IMG/VR virus record: IMGVR_UViG_3300005325_000009
Coordinates: 1-38,433 of that record
Strand: one strand, 5' to 3'
Source of the DNA: a virus
Taxonomy: Duplodnaviria > Caudoviricetes
DNA length: 38,433 bases
The translations under genes were made by a program, and so were the position numbers. The notes below the pieces were generated by a model. That model did not search any database, was not told the DNA's origin, and saw only the letters and a list, made by a program, of their open reading frames with translations. Shown here one piece after another: positions 18,474 through 27,740 of this stretch; within the stretch, counting starts at the first letter, position 1; every line of letters begins with the position of its first letter.

Positions 18474-19418
18474 ATGAGTAAATATGCGTTTATCGTCGGA
18501 GCGACAAAAGGGTATGTTCCGGAACTTTGCGCTATGCTTAACAGTTTGGATTATATAGGATCTAAGGCTGATGTCCATGTTTTAGGGATCGAGTTACCGG
18601 ATGAGTTTACCTCGCAATTTGATAAATTATCGTATAAGGTTATTTTTCATAATATCCTTGAAGATGAATGGACCGCGGCGCGCGGCCGGAGTGAAATAGT
18701 ATGCCGGAAACGGTACTGGTACGCCGCGGAGTTTGGAAAGGATTACGAGGCAGTATGTATCCTTGATGCTGATCTAGTGTTTTGCCGGGATCCGGAACAG
18801 TTTTTCGATATTGCCGCTAAAACAGGGTTTATCTTGGGGCCCAGTAAAGAACAAAATAAGGTTTATGATGACGATCATCATCTGGTAAATGTCGAAGATA
18901 AGGGGAAAACTTGGATATGGAATGTTGAACTTGGATACTATAACGATAAAGACCTTTGCAACTGTCCGGTGTTCATTGATGCTAAAAAGTGGAACGAAGC
19001 GTTAAGATTGAGTTGGGAGATATTTATCGACGGAGATTTTAAGGCTCCTGATATGGATGCTATGAACTTGGCGTTTTTACAGTATTACGGACACGATAAG
19101 ATCATAAAACTTCCTGGATTGCAGTGGCTGGGAACAAATGAGCAGATGCTTAAACCGTATATCCGCGCGGTAGAACGCCGTGGGCTTATATACACTGAAT
19201 GCGGCCTGGAGATATTCTGTTATCATGGCCAGTATTATAAACCGGTATGGCGCAAGCAACAATTGATCAACCGGCATAATTGTGCCGCAGGGTATCTCAA
19301 AACTACCGAGTGCCCGGATTCAATGGCTGAAGGGGCGATGAATCTTTTATACGCGAATTTCGTGAAGATGTTGGATTGGAAGATTATTATTGAGAAAAAA
19401 GAGTATAAAAACAGTTAA
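18474..19418 (+). CDS. GT-A fold glycosyltransferase (GT8-like)
   Basis: Y......LNSL, LDADLVF (DxD), N, D..AMN, C-terminal YHG. Confidence 0.8.
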   Translation: MSKYAFIVGATKGYVPELCAMLNSLDYIGSKADVHVLGIELPDEFTSQFDKLSYKVIFHNILEDEWTAARGRSEIVCRKRYWYAAEFGKDYEAVCILDADLVFCRDPEQFFDIAAKTGFILGPSKEQNKVYDDDHHLVNVEDKGKTWIWNVELGYYNDKDLCNCPVFIDAKKWNEALRLSWEIFIDGDFKAPDMDAMNLAFLQYYGHDKIIKLPGLQWLGTNEQMLKPYIRAVERRGLIYTECGLEIFCYHGQYYKPVWRKQQLINRHNCAAGYLKTTECPDSMAEGAMNLLYANFVKMLDWKIIIEKKEYKNS

Positions 19419-19426
19419 AGGTTAAA

Positions 19427-20536
19427 ATGCCATCCTACGGTCCTGATATTCTTACTGGTGGAATAGCTTCCGCGGATAGTTATCTTTCTGAAGGTTTTGA
19501 AGCTGATAAGGCATGTGATAATGATTTAGATCCTCGATGGCAGACAACATGTACAACATGTCCTCATTGGTGGAAGTACGATTTAGGATCGGGAGTTACA
19601 AAAATAGTAAAAAAGCTTCGTATAAATACTACTGGTTCGGGGTACAGCCTTAACGCGTTCGAATTACAAGGGTCTAATAACGACAGCGATTGGACTTCTA
19701 TACATTCTGATAATTGTGCTGATAGCAGCGATTGGCAAGAATTTACCTTTCCGAACAGTACGGCATATAGATATTATCGTATATATATATCATCTTCCTA
19801 TGCTGGAGATGGCCGCGCTAACATAGAAGAAATTGAAATGATGGAAGAAGAAGTTTCTTCTTCCAGTTCAAGCTCATCTTCTTCGTTGTCTTCTTCGTCA
19901 AGTTCTTCAAGTTTTTCATCTTCTTCAAGTTTTTCATCTTCTTCAAGTTTTTCATCTTCTTCAAGTTTTTCTTCGTCTTCTTCGTCTTCTTCGTCATCTT
20001 CAAGTTCGTTTAGTTCGAGCTCTTCAAGCTCATCATCTTCTTCTTCAAGTTCCAGCTCGAGTTCGTCAAGTTCTTCGTCTTCGTCAAGTTCTTCATCAAG
20101 CTCTTCAAGCTCGTCGTCTTCATCGAGTTCAAGTTCATCGAGCGAATCGAGCTCATCTAGTTCGTCAAATTCATCATTTAGTTCAAGTTCTTCAAGCAGC
20201 TCTTCGAGCTCCTCTTCTTTGAGCTCGTCTAGCAGTTCCAGTTCTTCGAGTTTTTCATCATCTTCTTCATCTAGCTCTTCAAGCTCAAGTTCTTCGTCTT
20301 ATAGTTTTTCAAGTTCTTCTTCATCAAGTTCTTCTTCATCAAGTTCTTCAAGTTCCAGTTTTTCATCTTCGAGTTCATCGAGCTCATCTTCTTCGAGTTC
20401 ATCGAGTAGTTCAAGTTCATCATCCAGCTCCAGTTCGTCGTCTTCATCTTATTCTTGGATCGACCGCGGAGAAACAGCGGGTAATTGGACTGATCGCGCA
20501 GAACCTGTAAGTACCTGGACACCGAGGTTATACTAA
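19427..20536 (+). CDS. Discoidin (F5/8 type C, CBM32-like) domain + poly-Ser stalk + Trp-repeat tail
   Basis: A.KA.D....RW, WWKYDLG, FELQGSNN..DWT, YRYYRI, IEEIEM; residues 144-343 Ser-rich; ends WIDR..WTDR..WTPR. Confidence 0.88.
   Translation: MPSYGPDILTGGIASADSYLSEGFEADKACDNDLDPRWQTTCTTCPHWWKYDLGSGVTKIVKKLRINTTGSGYSLNAFELQGSNNDSDWTSIHSDNCADSSDWQEFTFPNSTAYRYYRIYISSSYAGDGRANIEEIEMMEEEVSSSSSSSSSSLSSSSSSSSFSSSSSFSSSSSFSSSSSFSSSSSSSSSSSSSFSSSSSSSSSSSSSSSSSSSSSSSSSSSSSSSSSSSSSSSSSSSSESSSSSSSNSSFSSSSSSSSSSSSSLSSSSSSSSSSFSSSSSSSSSSSSSSSYSFSSSSSSSSSSSSSSSSSFSSSSSSSSSSSSSSSSSSSSSSSSSSSSSYSWIDRGETAGNWTDRAEPVSTWTPRLY
19856..20455 (+). repeat. Poly-serine coding tract 2 (~200 codons)
   Basis: Mixed Ser codons punctuated by F/L/Y/E/N; includes an 18-nt tcaagtttttcatcttct tandem. 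Confidence 0.97.
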
Positions 20537-21324
20537 TGGCATACCATCATCATCATTTAGTAGTTGATACTGGCGGATCAGGAGGCTTAGGAATAGGTAT
20601 TGATTCCGGTAATCACTTTGTTATTAATACCGGATCCGGATGGGTATCTACAAGTACAGATGATGGCCATAGCCATAAATTTAATTTAGGAGCTAATTCT
20701 TCTTTTTCAACCATATTTATCGCAGATGGAGCACTTAAAACTCTTAATCGTTCCGGACAATGGACCACAGATGAATTTGAAGATCATCATCACTATATCA
20801 ATGTCGGAATTGACGGTGGTGGCGGTTATAATGTTTTATATAAAAGTAGTGATCATACTCTTTATGCTTTTTCTGGAGTAACAATTACAACAAGCTCTTC
20901 TACTTGGACATCATCATCAAGTTCATCAAGCTCTAGTAATTCTTCTTCTAGCTCAAGTCTTTCTTTCAGCAGCTCTTCGAGCTCATCTTCGTCGAGTTCA
21001 AGCAGTTCTTCAAGTTTCAGCTCCTCATCATCGTCTTCATCTTCCAGTAGTTCTTCGAGCTCTTCAAGTTCGTTTAGTTCGAGCTCTTCAAGCTCATCAT
21101 CTTCTTCTTCAAGTTCCAGCTCGAGTTCGTCAAGTTCTTCGTCTTCGTCAAGTTCTTCATCAAGCTCTTCAAGCTCGTCAAGCTCGAGTTTTTCTTCATC
21201 CAGTTCATCTTCTTCATCGAGTTCGTCGAGTTTTAGTTCGAGTTCTTCAAGCAGCCAGTTGCCATGGTCAGATCGCCCGGAAAGCAGTATGGGGTTCATT
21301 GACCGGCCGAAACGGTTTCCATAA
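20536..21324 (+). CDS. His-rich domain + poly-Ser stalk + W/FxDR tail
   Basis: YHHHHL, DGHSH, DHHHY clusters; residues 126-240 Ser-rich; ends WSDRP..FIDRP; TAATG coupling. Confidence 0.8.
   Translation: MAYHHHHLVVDTGGSGGLGIGIDSGNHFVINTGSGWVSTSTDDGHSHKFNLGANSSFSTIFIADGALKTLNRSGQWTTDEFEDHHHYINVGIDGGGGYNVLYKSSDHTLYAFSGVTITTSSSTWTSSSSSSSSSNSSSSSSLSFSSSSSSSSSSSSSSSSFSSSSSSSSSSSSSSSSSSFSSSSSSSSSSSSSSSSSSSSSSSSSSSSSSSSSSSSSSFSSSSSSSSSSSSSFSSSSSSSQLPWSDRPESSMGFIDRPKRFP
20911..21255 (+). repeat. Poly-serine coding tract 3 (~115 codons)
   Basis: Mixed Ser codons; 21061-21179 is identical to 19997-20115. Confidence 0.97.
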
Positions 21325-21333
21325 GGAGGGAAT

Positions 21334-21999
21334 ATGTTATTAAGCGCGTTTAAGACTTATGTAAAATACGATTTCAAAAGGACAGATAAAGATACTGAGT
21401 TAGTTCAGGCGTATAACGATTCTATATTTTATGTTTCAGTACTGATCCCCCATGGAGGGTATAAGTACCAGAGTTATGTAAACACCGCAATAGGCCAGCC
21501 GAATTATCCTCTTCCGAATAACTTGATTCACCTTCTTCATCCGATCAGGTTGTTGGAAGGATCCGGAATAAACGATTCAGGGTATCCTTTGGATCATATA
21601 ACCAAAGAGGAATATGATGAAGAAGAGCCAAACCCTAACCGGACAAGTCCATCTACAGGAAAACCGGAACAATACTGTATCTTCTCCCGGGCAATATTAC
21701 CTACTCCGATTCCGGATAAAGCCACTTATCTGTTTGAGATAAACTGGAGTAAATTGCCTACTTTACTATCCGCGGCTGCGGATATTCCAGGGTTAGGTAA
21801 TGAATGGGATGAGATATTAAAATGGATGGTTCTTGATCGGCTTAATGCCGGATTAGAATTGTTCCAAGAAGCTGAATACTGGAGATCTAAATACCAGGAT
21901 TCAGAAGGTAATCCAATTGGCCAACTTCTCCGGCTATTGGATATTGAGCGAGATCGCGAAAGTAAATCGATAAGTCAAGTAAGTAATAATAATTTATAA
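21334..21999 (+). CDS. Probable head-tail adaptor protein
   Basis: Y.LP, G.P..Y, P.PD..Y motifs; position before tail genes. Confidence 0.75.
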   Translation: MLLSAFKTYVKYDFKRTDKDTELVQAYNDSIFYVSVLIPHGGYKYQSYVNTAIGQPNYPLPNNLIHLLHPIRLLEGSGINDSGYPLDHITKEEYDEEEPNPNRTSPSTGKPEQYCIFSRAILPTPIPDKATYLFEINWSKLPTLLSAAADIPGLGNEWDEILKWMVLDRLNAGLELFQEAEYWRSKYQDSEGNPIGQLLRLLDIERDRESKSISQVSNNNL

Positions 22000-22013
22000 G
22001 GAGGAATCATAAA

Positions 22014-22781
22014 ATGGCTGATTTTGCTATTGTACATACAGAAACCCATGATGAATCTAAACCCGCAGGTACCCGGGCCCGGAGCTTAGGTGATGATGAT
22101 ATTCGGGAAAAAGACCGAGCAATCCGGGAACGATTGGCAGTTGATCATATATTTTTAGCGGATGAAACCGGAGAAGATGGAATAGGTATTCATAAACAGG
22201 TAACCATGCGTTCGATCGCCGCGCCAACGGCGTATGATGATGTGGGGTATGTTTACTGTAAAGAAGTATCCGGGGTAATTGAATTGTTCTTCATGGATAG
22301 TGCTGGAACTGAAATCCAGCTTACTTCCGTGGGAAAAATCACTCCTGCTTCATTAGGATCTGGAACACCAAGTTCCTCTAATTACCTGCGCGGTGATGGA
22401 GCATGGACGGATCTTCTGGGGATAATATACCCTATCGGAGCACAATATATCAGTTTTACTGATTCAAGGAACCCGAATACTATATTGGGTTTCGGTACAT
22501 GGGTAGAGGTAGCCGGAAAAGTTGTTGTTGGTGTTGATACCGCGGATAGCGATTTTGATGCGGCATTAAAAACCGGAGGAGAAAAAGAGCATACATTGAT
22601 TACCGCTGAAATTCCGGAACACGATCACGGTGTAGCTGTTAATAGCACATTGGCCGGAGGCGGCGGATCTCCGCAACCAGGAACGGGCTCGGCCGAGACT
22701 TCAGCTAAAACTGGAGGTGGTGGTGCGCATAATAACTTACAACCATATATAACAGCGTATATCTGGCGCAGAACAGCATAA
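22014..22781 (+). CDS. Tail fibre/baseplate-type protein (Gp10 C-terminal-like)
   Basis: YLRGDG.W, YPIGA.YIS, NP...LGFGTW, TGGEK.HTL...EIP.H.H, HNNLQPYITAYIWRRTA. Confidence 0.8.
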   Translation: MADFAIVHTETHDESKPAGTRARSLGDDDIREKDRAIRERLAVDHIFLADETGEDGIGIHKQVTMRSIAAPTAYDDVGYVYCKEVSGVIELFFMDSAGTEIQLTSVGKITPASLGSGTPSSSNYLRGDGAWTDLLGIIYPIGAQYISFTDSRNPNTILGFGTWVEVAGKVVVGVDTADSDFDAALKTGGEKEHTLITAEIPEHDHGVAVNSTLAGGGGSPQPGTGSAETSAKTGGGGAHNNLQPYITAYIWRRTA

Positions 22782-22790
22782 GGAGTATCT

Positions 22791-24329
22791 ATGCCATTAC
22801 TTAGAAAAGGGATAATTCTTCCGACAAAAGGTATTGATTACAGTTTACCTTCGACTTTTATCGCCGATCAAAATAGTTTCTCTAAAAATATGTATTATTA
22901 CCGCGGAGAGTTACGGAAACGACCGGGAAAAACTTTAGTAGGAACAGCAATATCTGGCGGACAGATAATGGGTTTTGGAACTTTCGAAGGTAATACCGGG
23001 ATAAAGTATGCTGTTCGGGCATCAAAAACCAAGATTGAAAAGTATAACACTTCCACATTAGCGTGGGAATCTATCAGTGCTTCTGATTTTGGCGGTGGCG
23101 ATGATGATCAAATAAATATGGCCATGGTGGTGGAAGAACAAATATTGGCTATAACTAATTGGATAAATATAGTCAGGAAATGGACCGGATCCGGAAATAC
23201 CGCCGCTTTAGGAGGAAACCCGCCAAGGGCCAAGTATGCAGCGTATTTATCGCCGTACTTGTTGTTGGCTTATACTAATGATGGTGTAAGCATAAAACCT
23301 TGGCGAGTATCTTGGCCAGATACAGGCAATTGTGAAAACTGGTCTTCCGGATCGGCCGGATCGTTAGACCTTGGAGATGAACCTTCTGTTATTCAGAACA
23401 TACTAAAACTTAACGAATACGCTGCGGTATATAAAAAAGAATCGATCTGGTTATTAAATAAAGTAAGTTCCTCGGATGTGTTTCAAAAATCATGCGTTCG
23501 TACCGGAATAGGTTTATCCGCTTCCCGGGCAGTTGCAGATGCCGACGGTCAGCATTATTTTATGGCATTTAATGATTTTTATACCTGGGAAGGTATCCGG
23601 CCGGCATCAATAGGAGCTGCGGTAAGAGATGAAGTGTTCCGTCGGATCGACCGTACCCAGATAAACAGGTCATTTGCGTTACATGTTCAAGAGCTTAACG
23701 AGATATGGTTTTTTATTCCGGTTGCCGGAGGATCCTGGCCTACTGAAATATGGAAATATAATTACCGGTTGGGGTTCTGGTATTATGATACATGCGTTGA
23801 AATATCCGCCGCTATGCGTTGGGGTAAAGTTTCCAGCCAGACATGGAATGATGATACTCCAGGGTCATGGAATGAAGCTTTAGATGTATGGGATTCTGGA
23901 GATTCAATAGCGGATTGGGAAGAAATAATCCTGGGTAAAGTTACCGGAGGAACATGTAAACTTGATTATACCAAAGCTGATGATGAAGGTATCGCGGTTG
24001 AAGGTGTTTTTGAAACTAAAGATTTTATCGGAGAATCTTTAGAGAAAAAATCCAGATGGTTACAGATAGATTTCTGGGCCCGGGGATCTACCGCGGCTAA
24101 ACTTTATATCGATTATTCAGTAAACGGTGGCGATGACTGGACGAACATCCCTTATACATCCAGCCAGGCATACGCTGAACTTACTGAAAAAGCGGTACAT
24201 TATAAATTCTATTTTGATACCATAGCGCAAGAAATAAGGTTCAGGGCCAGGAATTCGGAAACCGGTGAGATATTTTATATCAAAGCGTTTTATCCTTATT
24301 ACCTCTCTAAGGAACAAAATAGGAGTTGA
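22791..24329 (+). CDS. Probable tail nozzle/DNA stabilisation protein (beta-propeller)
   Basis: 512 aa beta-rich; LRKRPG, R.SW.D.G..E.W, YK..SI motifs; podovirus gene order. Confidence 0.7.
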   Translation: MPLLRKGIILPTKGIDYSLPSTFIADQNSFSKNMYYYRGELRKRPGKTLVGTAISGGQIMGFGTFEGNTGIKYAVRASKTKIEKYNTSTLAWESISASDFGGGDDDQINMAMVVEEQILAITNWINIVRKWTGSGNTAALGGNPPRAKYAAYLSPYLLLAYTNDGVSIKPWRVSWPDTGNCENWSSGSAGSLDLGDEPSVIQNILKLNEYAAVYKKESIWLLNKVSSSDVFQKSCVRTGIGLSASRAVADADGQHYFMAFNDFYTWEGIRPASIGAAVRDEVFRRIDRTQINRSFALHVQELNEIWFFIPVAGGSWPTEIWKYNYRLGFWYYDTCVEISAAMRWGKVSSQTWNDDTPGSWNEALDVWDSGDSIADWEEIILGKVTGGTCKLDYTKADDEGIAVEGVFETKDFIGESLEKKSRWLQIDFWARGSTAAKLYIDYSVNGGDDWTNIPYTSSQAYAELTEKAVHYKFYFDTIAQEIRFRARNSETGEIFYIKAFYPYYLSKEQNRS

Positions 24330-24760
24330 TCATGGGTGCTGAACATCTAGTCGTACTTCCAGAATGTAGAACTAAATTTGAATTAGCTGAGCAGCATTTG
24401 AAAGACTCCGGAGCTTACCGGGATATTATTATCCGGCATGACGAAAAAATAATAGGGCTTGATAAAAAAGCACAGGAGAACAGAGAACTTATAAGTGATA
24501 TCTTTTCTAAAATAGACACCTCTACGAAAGATACCGCCAAGATAGTTACTAAAGGGGTTCTTGCCACGGTTGTGGCTATTGTAGCGGCTTTGTTATGGAC
24601 CGGAAGGTATATCGAAAAGGTAGAACGCCTTGATCGTACACACCAAAGCGAAACACAAAAAAAGGAGGCCAGGAATGTTGACAGCAATATTTACGGCTCT
24701 AAAGATTGGGTGGGGATGGTTGCTGAGGTTAATAGGAGGATGGATTCCTCTCGGCAATAA
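24326..24760 (+). CDS. Coiled-coil protein with one transmembrane helix (holin-like candidate)
   Basis: GVLATVVAIVAALLW hydrophobic segment. Confidence 0.55.
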   Translation: MIMGAEHLVVLPECRTKFELAEQHLKDSGAYRDIIIRHDEKIIGLDKKAQENRELISDIFSKIDTSTKDTAKIVTKGVLATVVAIVAALLWTGRYIEKVERLDRTHQSETQKKEARNVDSNIYGSKDWVGMVAEVNRRMDSSRQ

Positions 24761-24998
24761 ACCGTTTGGGGAATACCTGGGTAAGATAATCTGGGCGGTG
24801 GTTATCTGTATCGCGGTAAACGCCGGATGGAAATGGATTACCAGGCCGACAACGGAAAACAGTCCTCAGCAAACTGCTGGCCAGTTATGCAGCGACTATC
24901 ATCAAGAACAGTTGAATCCGGGGTTTGGGGGGTGTGTGAATATGAGGATCATAAAGTATTATGGCAAAGATAAATTTATTGAGGTAAAGAAAAAATGA
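24675..24998 (+). CDS. Membrane protein
   Basis: ATG 24675 after AAGGAGG within ORF 24630..24998; IIWAVVICIAVNAGW segment. Confidence 0.65.
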   Translation: MLTAIFTALKIGWGWLLRLIGGWIPLGNKPFGEYLGKIIWAVVICIAVNAGWKWITRPTTENSPQQTAGQLCSDYHQEQLNPGFGGCVNMRIIKYYGKDKFIEVKKK

Positions 24999-25471
24999 TC
25001 TGGATAAGTATAATATACCTTATTGTCTGCGCTGGATTATGGCGTTTGGGAGGATGGGATAAAGCTAAATGGTCTGGGTATAGGGATATCTTAATTCCGG
25101 CAGTAATAGCTTTATGGTATTCGATAACATTACATTGTCTATGGATCTTACCGGTTGAGTTCATTATGGTTAGCTCTATCCGGATGGGTTATGGCGCATG
25201 GGATCCTGAAAATGATGATAAACCTTCATGGCTTGCCGATATTACCCACGATCGAGAAGGATCCCGGATCCGGTTAATATACGGACTGATAACTGCTTTT
25301 TCAATAGGTATATTCCCAGCGATCCTGACAGAACATTATTTTAAATTTATTATTTATGTTCTTGAGAACGGAGTGTTGGAATTTTATCTTAATCGAAAAA
25401 AGGTTCGCGATATAATTTCTGAACCTTTAAATGGAGCTGGCCGGGCCAGTGTGATCTTATGGCTCAAGTAA
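24995..25471 (+). CDS. Multi-pass membrane protein
   Basis: Several hydrophobic segments; LWRLGGW, GYG motifs. Confidence 0.7.
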   Translation: MIWISIIYLIVCAGLWRLGGWDKAKWSGYRDILIPAVIALWYSITLHCLWILPVEFIMVSSIRMGYGAWDPENDDKPSWLADITHDREGSRIRLIYGLITAFSIGIFPAILTEHYFKFIIYVLENGVLEFYLNRKKVRDIISEPLNGAGRASVILWLK

Positions 25472-25812
25472 GAACAAGAATAAAAACAGAAATCCCGGAG
25501 GAAAATAATTCTTTTGAGAAAGGTCTAGAGAAAGAATTGTTATCTTATTCCCAAGAGATCGCGCAGGTAATAAATAAAGGAATAAAGTTCACGGATAACT
25601 TTGATGCCCAAATAAAAACTATCTCTGATTCGGGGGTGGCGGATTCCGAAAATACGGTAGCGCATACACTGAAACGAGTGCCCACAGGATATCTTATCCT
25701 GAAAATAAATAAATCCGGTATAGTTTATGATTCCGGATCCACTTGGACTGATACAAATATATATCTTAAATGCAATTCGGCTAATGCCGCTATAACGATA
25801 CTGATATTTTAA
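25459..25812 (+). CDS. Hypothetical virion-type protein
   Basis: N.GI...DN, VAH.L.R.P.GY.I motif. Confidence 0.7.
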   Translation: MAQVRTRIKTEIPEENNSFEKGLEKELLSYSQEIAQVINKGIKFTDNFDAQIKTISDSGVADSENTVAHTLKRVPTGYLILKINKSGIVYDSGSTWTDTNIYLKCNSANAAITILIF

Positions 25813-25825
25813 CTAAGGAGGAAAT

Positions 25826-26722
25826 ATGAGTTTATGGTCAGCTATTCCGGCGGTGGCGAATATAGCCAGTAGTTTATTGGGAGGAACAGGAGGCGGTGAA
25901 ACTGTTTCTCTGGAAAGCTCGATGCCAGATTGGCAATCGGCTACGGGTAAACAGTTATCCGAATGGATCCAGAAATACATGAACAATTATGTTCCGGGCC
26001 AGGCGTACACTGGGAAACTTTCCGCAGGCATGACCGGACAAGAAACTGCCGGTTTGGACATTTTAAATAATTACCTGTCCGGAAATAATGTCGGGGATCT
26101 GTTCAAAGCGGGAAAATCTCAGATCGCAGACACACTGGCGGGTAAATATATGGATCCTAATACTTCTCCATATATCAAGGCAATGACTCAGTTAAGTAAC
26201 CAGGACCTGGCCGATGCGATCAATAAATCCAGGATCGGAGCCGGGGCCAGGGGAAATTATTATTCGTCCGCGGCTATCGGAGAAGAAAAAGATCTTACCA
26301 ATCGTAATTTACAGAACCTGAATTCCATTATTGGTAATTATATCCAGAACGAACGCCAGAATATGTTGGGCGCGGCTACTACCGCTCAAAGTATGGATCA
26401 ATATGAAAACATAACCGCTCCTTTATCCAAGGTATCCGCTTCACAAAGCTTAGGTTCATTATCCCGGGTACTAGAACAGGAAGACCTGGAACGGCAGTAC
26501 AGCGCTTGGAAAAATCAAAGAACAGAAATGGCGCAACCGATCAGCGCGGCGCAGTCGTTATACGGAACAAACGCGCAGTATGGTGTAAATAACTGGACCA
26601 TGCCGCAAACCCAGACCAATACTACCGCGAGTAACTTGATGAAGTTACTATCCAGCCTGAATTGGAAAGGGATATCGGGAACTTCCGGGGCGGGAAATCA
26701 ACTGTTAAGCTTATTTTCTTAA
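25826..26722 (+). CDS. Probable DNA ejection/internal virion protein
   Basis: G/A/S/Q/N-rich; N-terminal ..ASSLLGG; position before the giant ORF. Confidence 0.65.
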   Translation: MSLWSAIPAVANIASSLLGGTGGGETVSLESSMPDWQSATGKQLSEWIQKYMNNYVPGQAYTGKLSAGMTGQETAGLDILNNYLSGNNVGDLFKAGKSQIADTLAGKYMDPNTSPYIKAMTQLSNQDLADAINKSRIGAGARGNYYSSAAIGEEKDLTNRNLQNLNSIIGNYIQNERQNMLGAATTAQSMDQYENITAPLSKVSASQSLGSLSRVLEQEDLERQYSAWKNQRTEMAQPISAAQSLYGTNAQYGVNNWTMPQTQTNTTASNLMKLLSSLNWKGISGTSGAGNQLLSLFS

Positions 26723-26734
26723 ACTGGAGGAACA

Positions 26735-27499
26735 ATGTCAGAATCGGCGAGGATATTAGCGGCAATGGGCGCTGTTCCGGCTGGAGTGCAGCCGAAAACA
26801 ATAACTGAAGAAAACGGGGAACCCGGTAATTATGATATAAGCACTTTAGGAAGAGTTATCCGGGTACTAAACCAACAGAAACTTAAAGTCGAGGCGGATG
26901 CCCAGAAGAAGATGGAAACCGCGAAGAAGAAGATGGATATGTATAAAACTCTTCGTGATGCCGGATATGATTCAAAAAGCGCGTATGAATCGGTAATCAA
27001 GAATGAAATGAAAGTTCCAGGAGAGGAAGATTTCTCGTCGATAAAATCCCCCACTGAACGGATCCTTAATAAGATGTCAAAAGGAATAGCGCTTACGGCA
27101 GGAGAACAGCAGGTTTATGATGAAACGATAAAGAAAAAACAGCCGGCGCAGAAAAACCAGGATCTTCTTGATGAATCCATAAAAGCAAAAGTTGACCTGA
27201 CAAAGGCGCAGACAGAAAAGATTAAGTTAGGTAAAACTCCGAATCAGCAACGGATGTATGAACAGATATTAAGAAAGATCGCCAATGGAATGGATCTTAC
27301 CACCGGAGAACAGAAGATCTATGATGAGGTGATCAAAAAACAGGCTAAACAAAACGGATCAGGTGATGCCCTCAGCGATATTCTGGATCCAGAGAATAAT
27401 GAGGAAACGGTTAAAGTGCAGCATCCGGACGGACGGAAAGGTACTATCTTGAAATCAAAATTGCCCGCGGCATTGGCCGCCGGATTCAAAAAGTTATAA
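26735..27499 (+). CDS. Probable ejection/internal protein with duplicated helical module
   Basis: ERILNKMSKGIALTAGEQQVYDETIKK repeated as EQILRKIANGMDLTTGEQKIYDEVIKK; C-terminal V..PDG..G.I...L..AL..GF. Confidence 0.65.
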   Translation: MSESARILAAMGAVPAGVQPKTITEENGEPGNYDISTLGRVIRVLNQQKLKVEADAQKKMETAKKKMDMYKTLRDAGYDSKSAYESVIKNEMKVPGEEDFSSIKSPTERILNKMSKGIALTAGEQQVYDETIKKKQPAQKNQDLLDESIKAKVDLTKAQTEKIKLGKTPNQQRMYEQILRKIANGMDLTTGEQKIYDEVIKKQAKQNGSGDALSDILDPENNEETVKVQHPDGRKGTILKSKLPAALAAGFKKL

Positions 27500-27502
27500 T
27501 CC

Positions 27503-27740
27503 TGTGCATAACTACTGAGGTTATTAAGATGATATACCCAGGTTTTATACAGGTTATTAACAAGTTATCAACAGTATATAAGTTAATATACATGATTAAT
27601 TTATGATAGATATTAATAGGGTTATACACAAGTTATACACAGATACTACTACTATTACTACTTTATCATTCTTATTAAACCATAAAATAGTATATAAGGT
27701 TAAATATAAGATAGTAAAATTTTGGCAAAAGATAAAAATG
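27503..27740. promoter_or_regulatory. oriC-like element: DnaA boxes + DnaA-trios + AT-rich segment
   Basis: TTWTNCACA matches at 27503 (reverse), 27622, 27633; near matches at 27521, 27532, 27543, 27554, 27565 (11-bp phase); ATA-CTA-CTA-CTA-TTA-CTA at 27643-27660. Confidence 0.8.

Noticed and set aside
11443-19418. Cassette as a DNA hypermodification or captured host LPS operon
   Set aside because: No nucleotide-modifying, sugar-nucleotide or flippase genes, and it is embedded among virion genes with phage-like small ORFs; disfavoured but not excluded
10599-21255. Poly-Ser tracts as microsatellite or assembly artefacts
   Set aside because: Codons are heterogeneous, frames stay open and end in sensible coupled stops or conserved tails; exact lengths could still be misassembled
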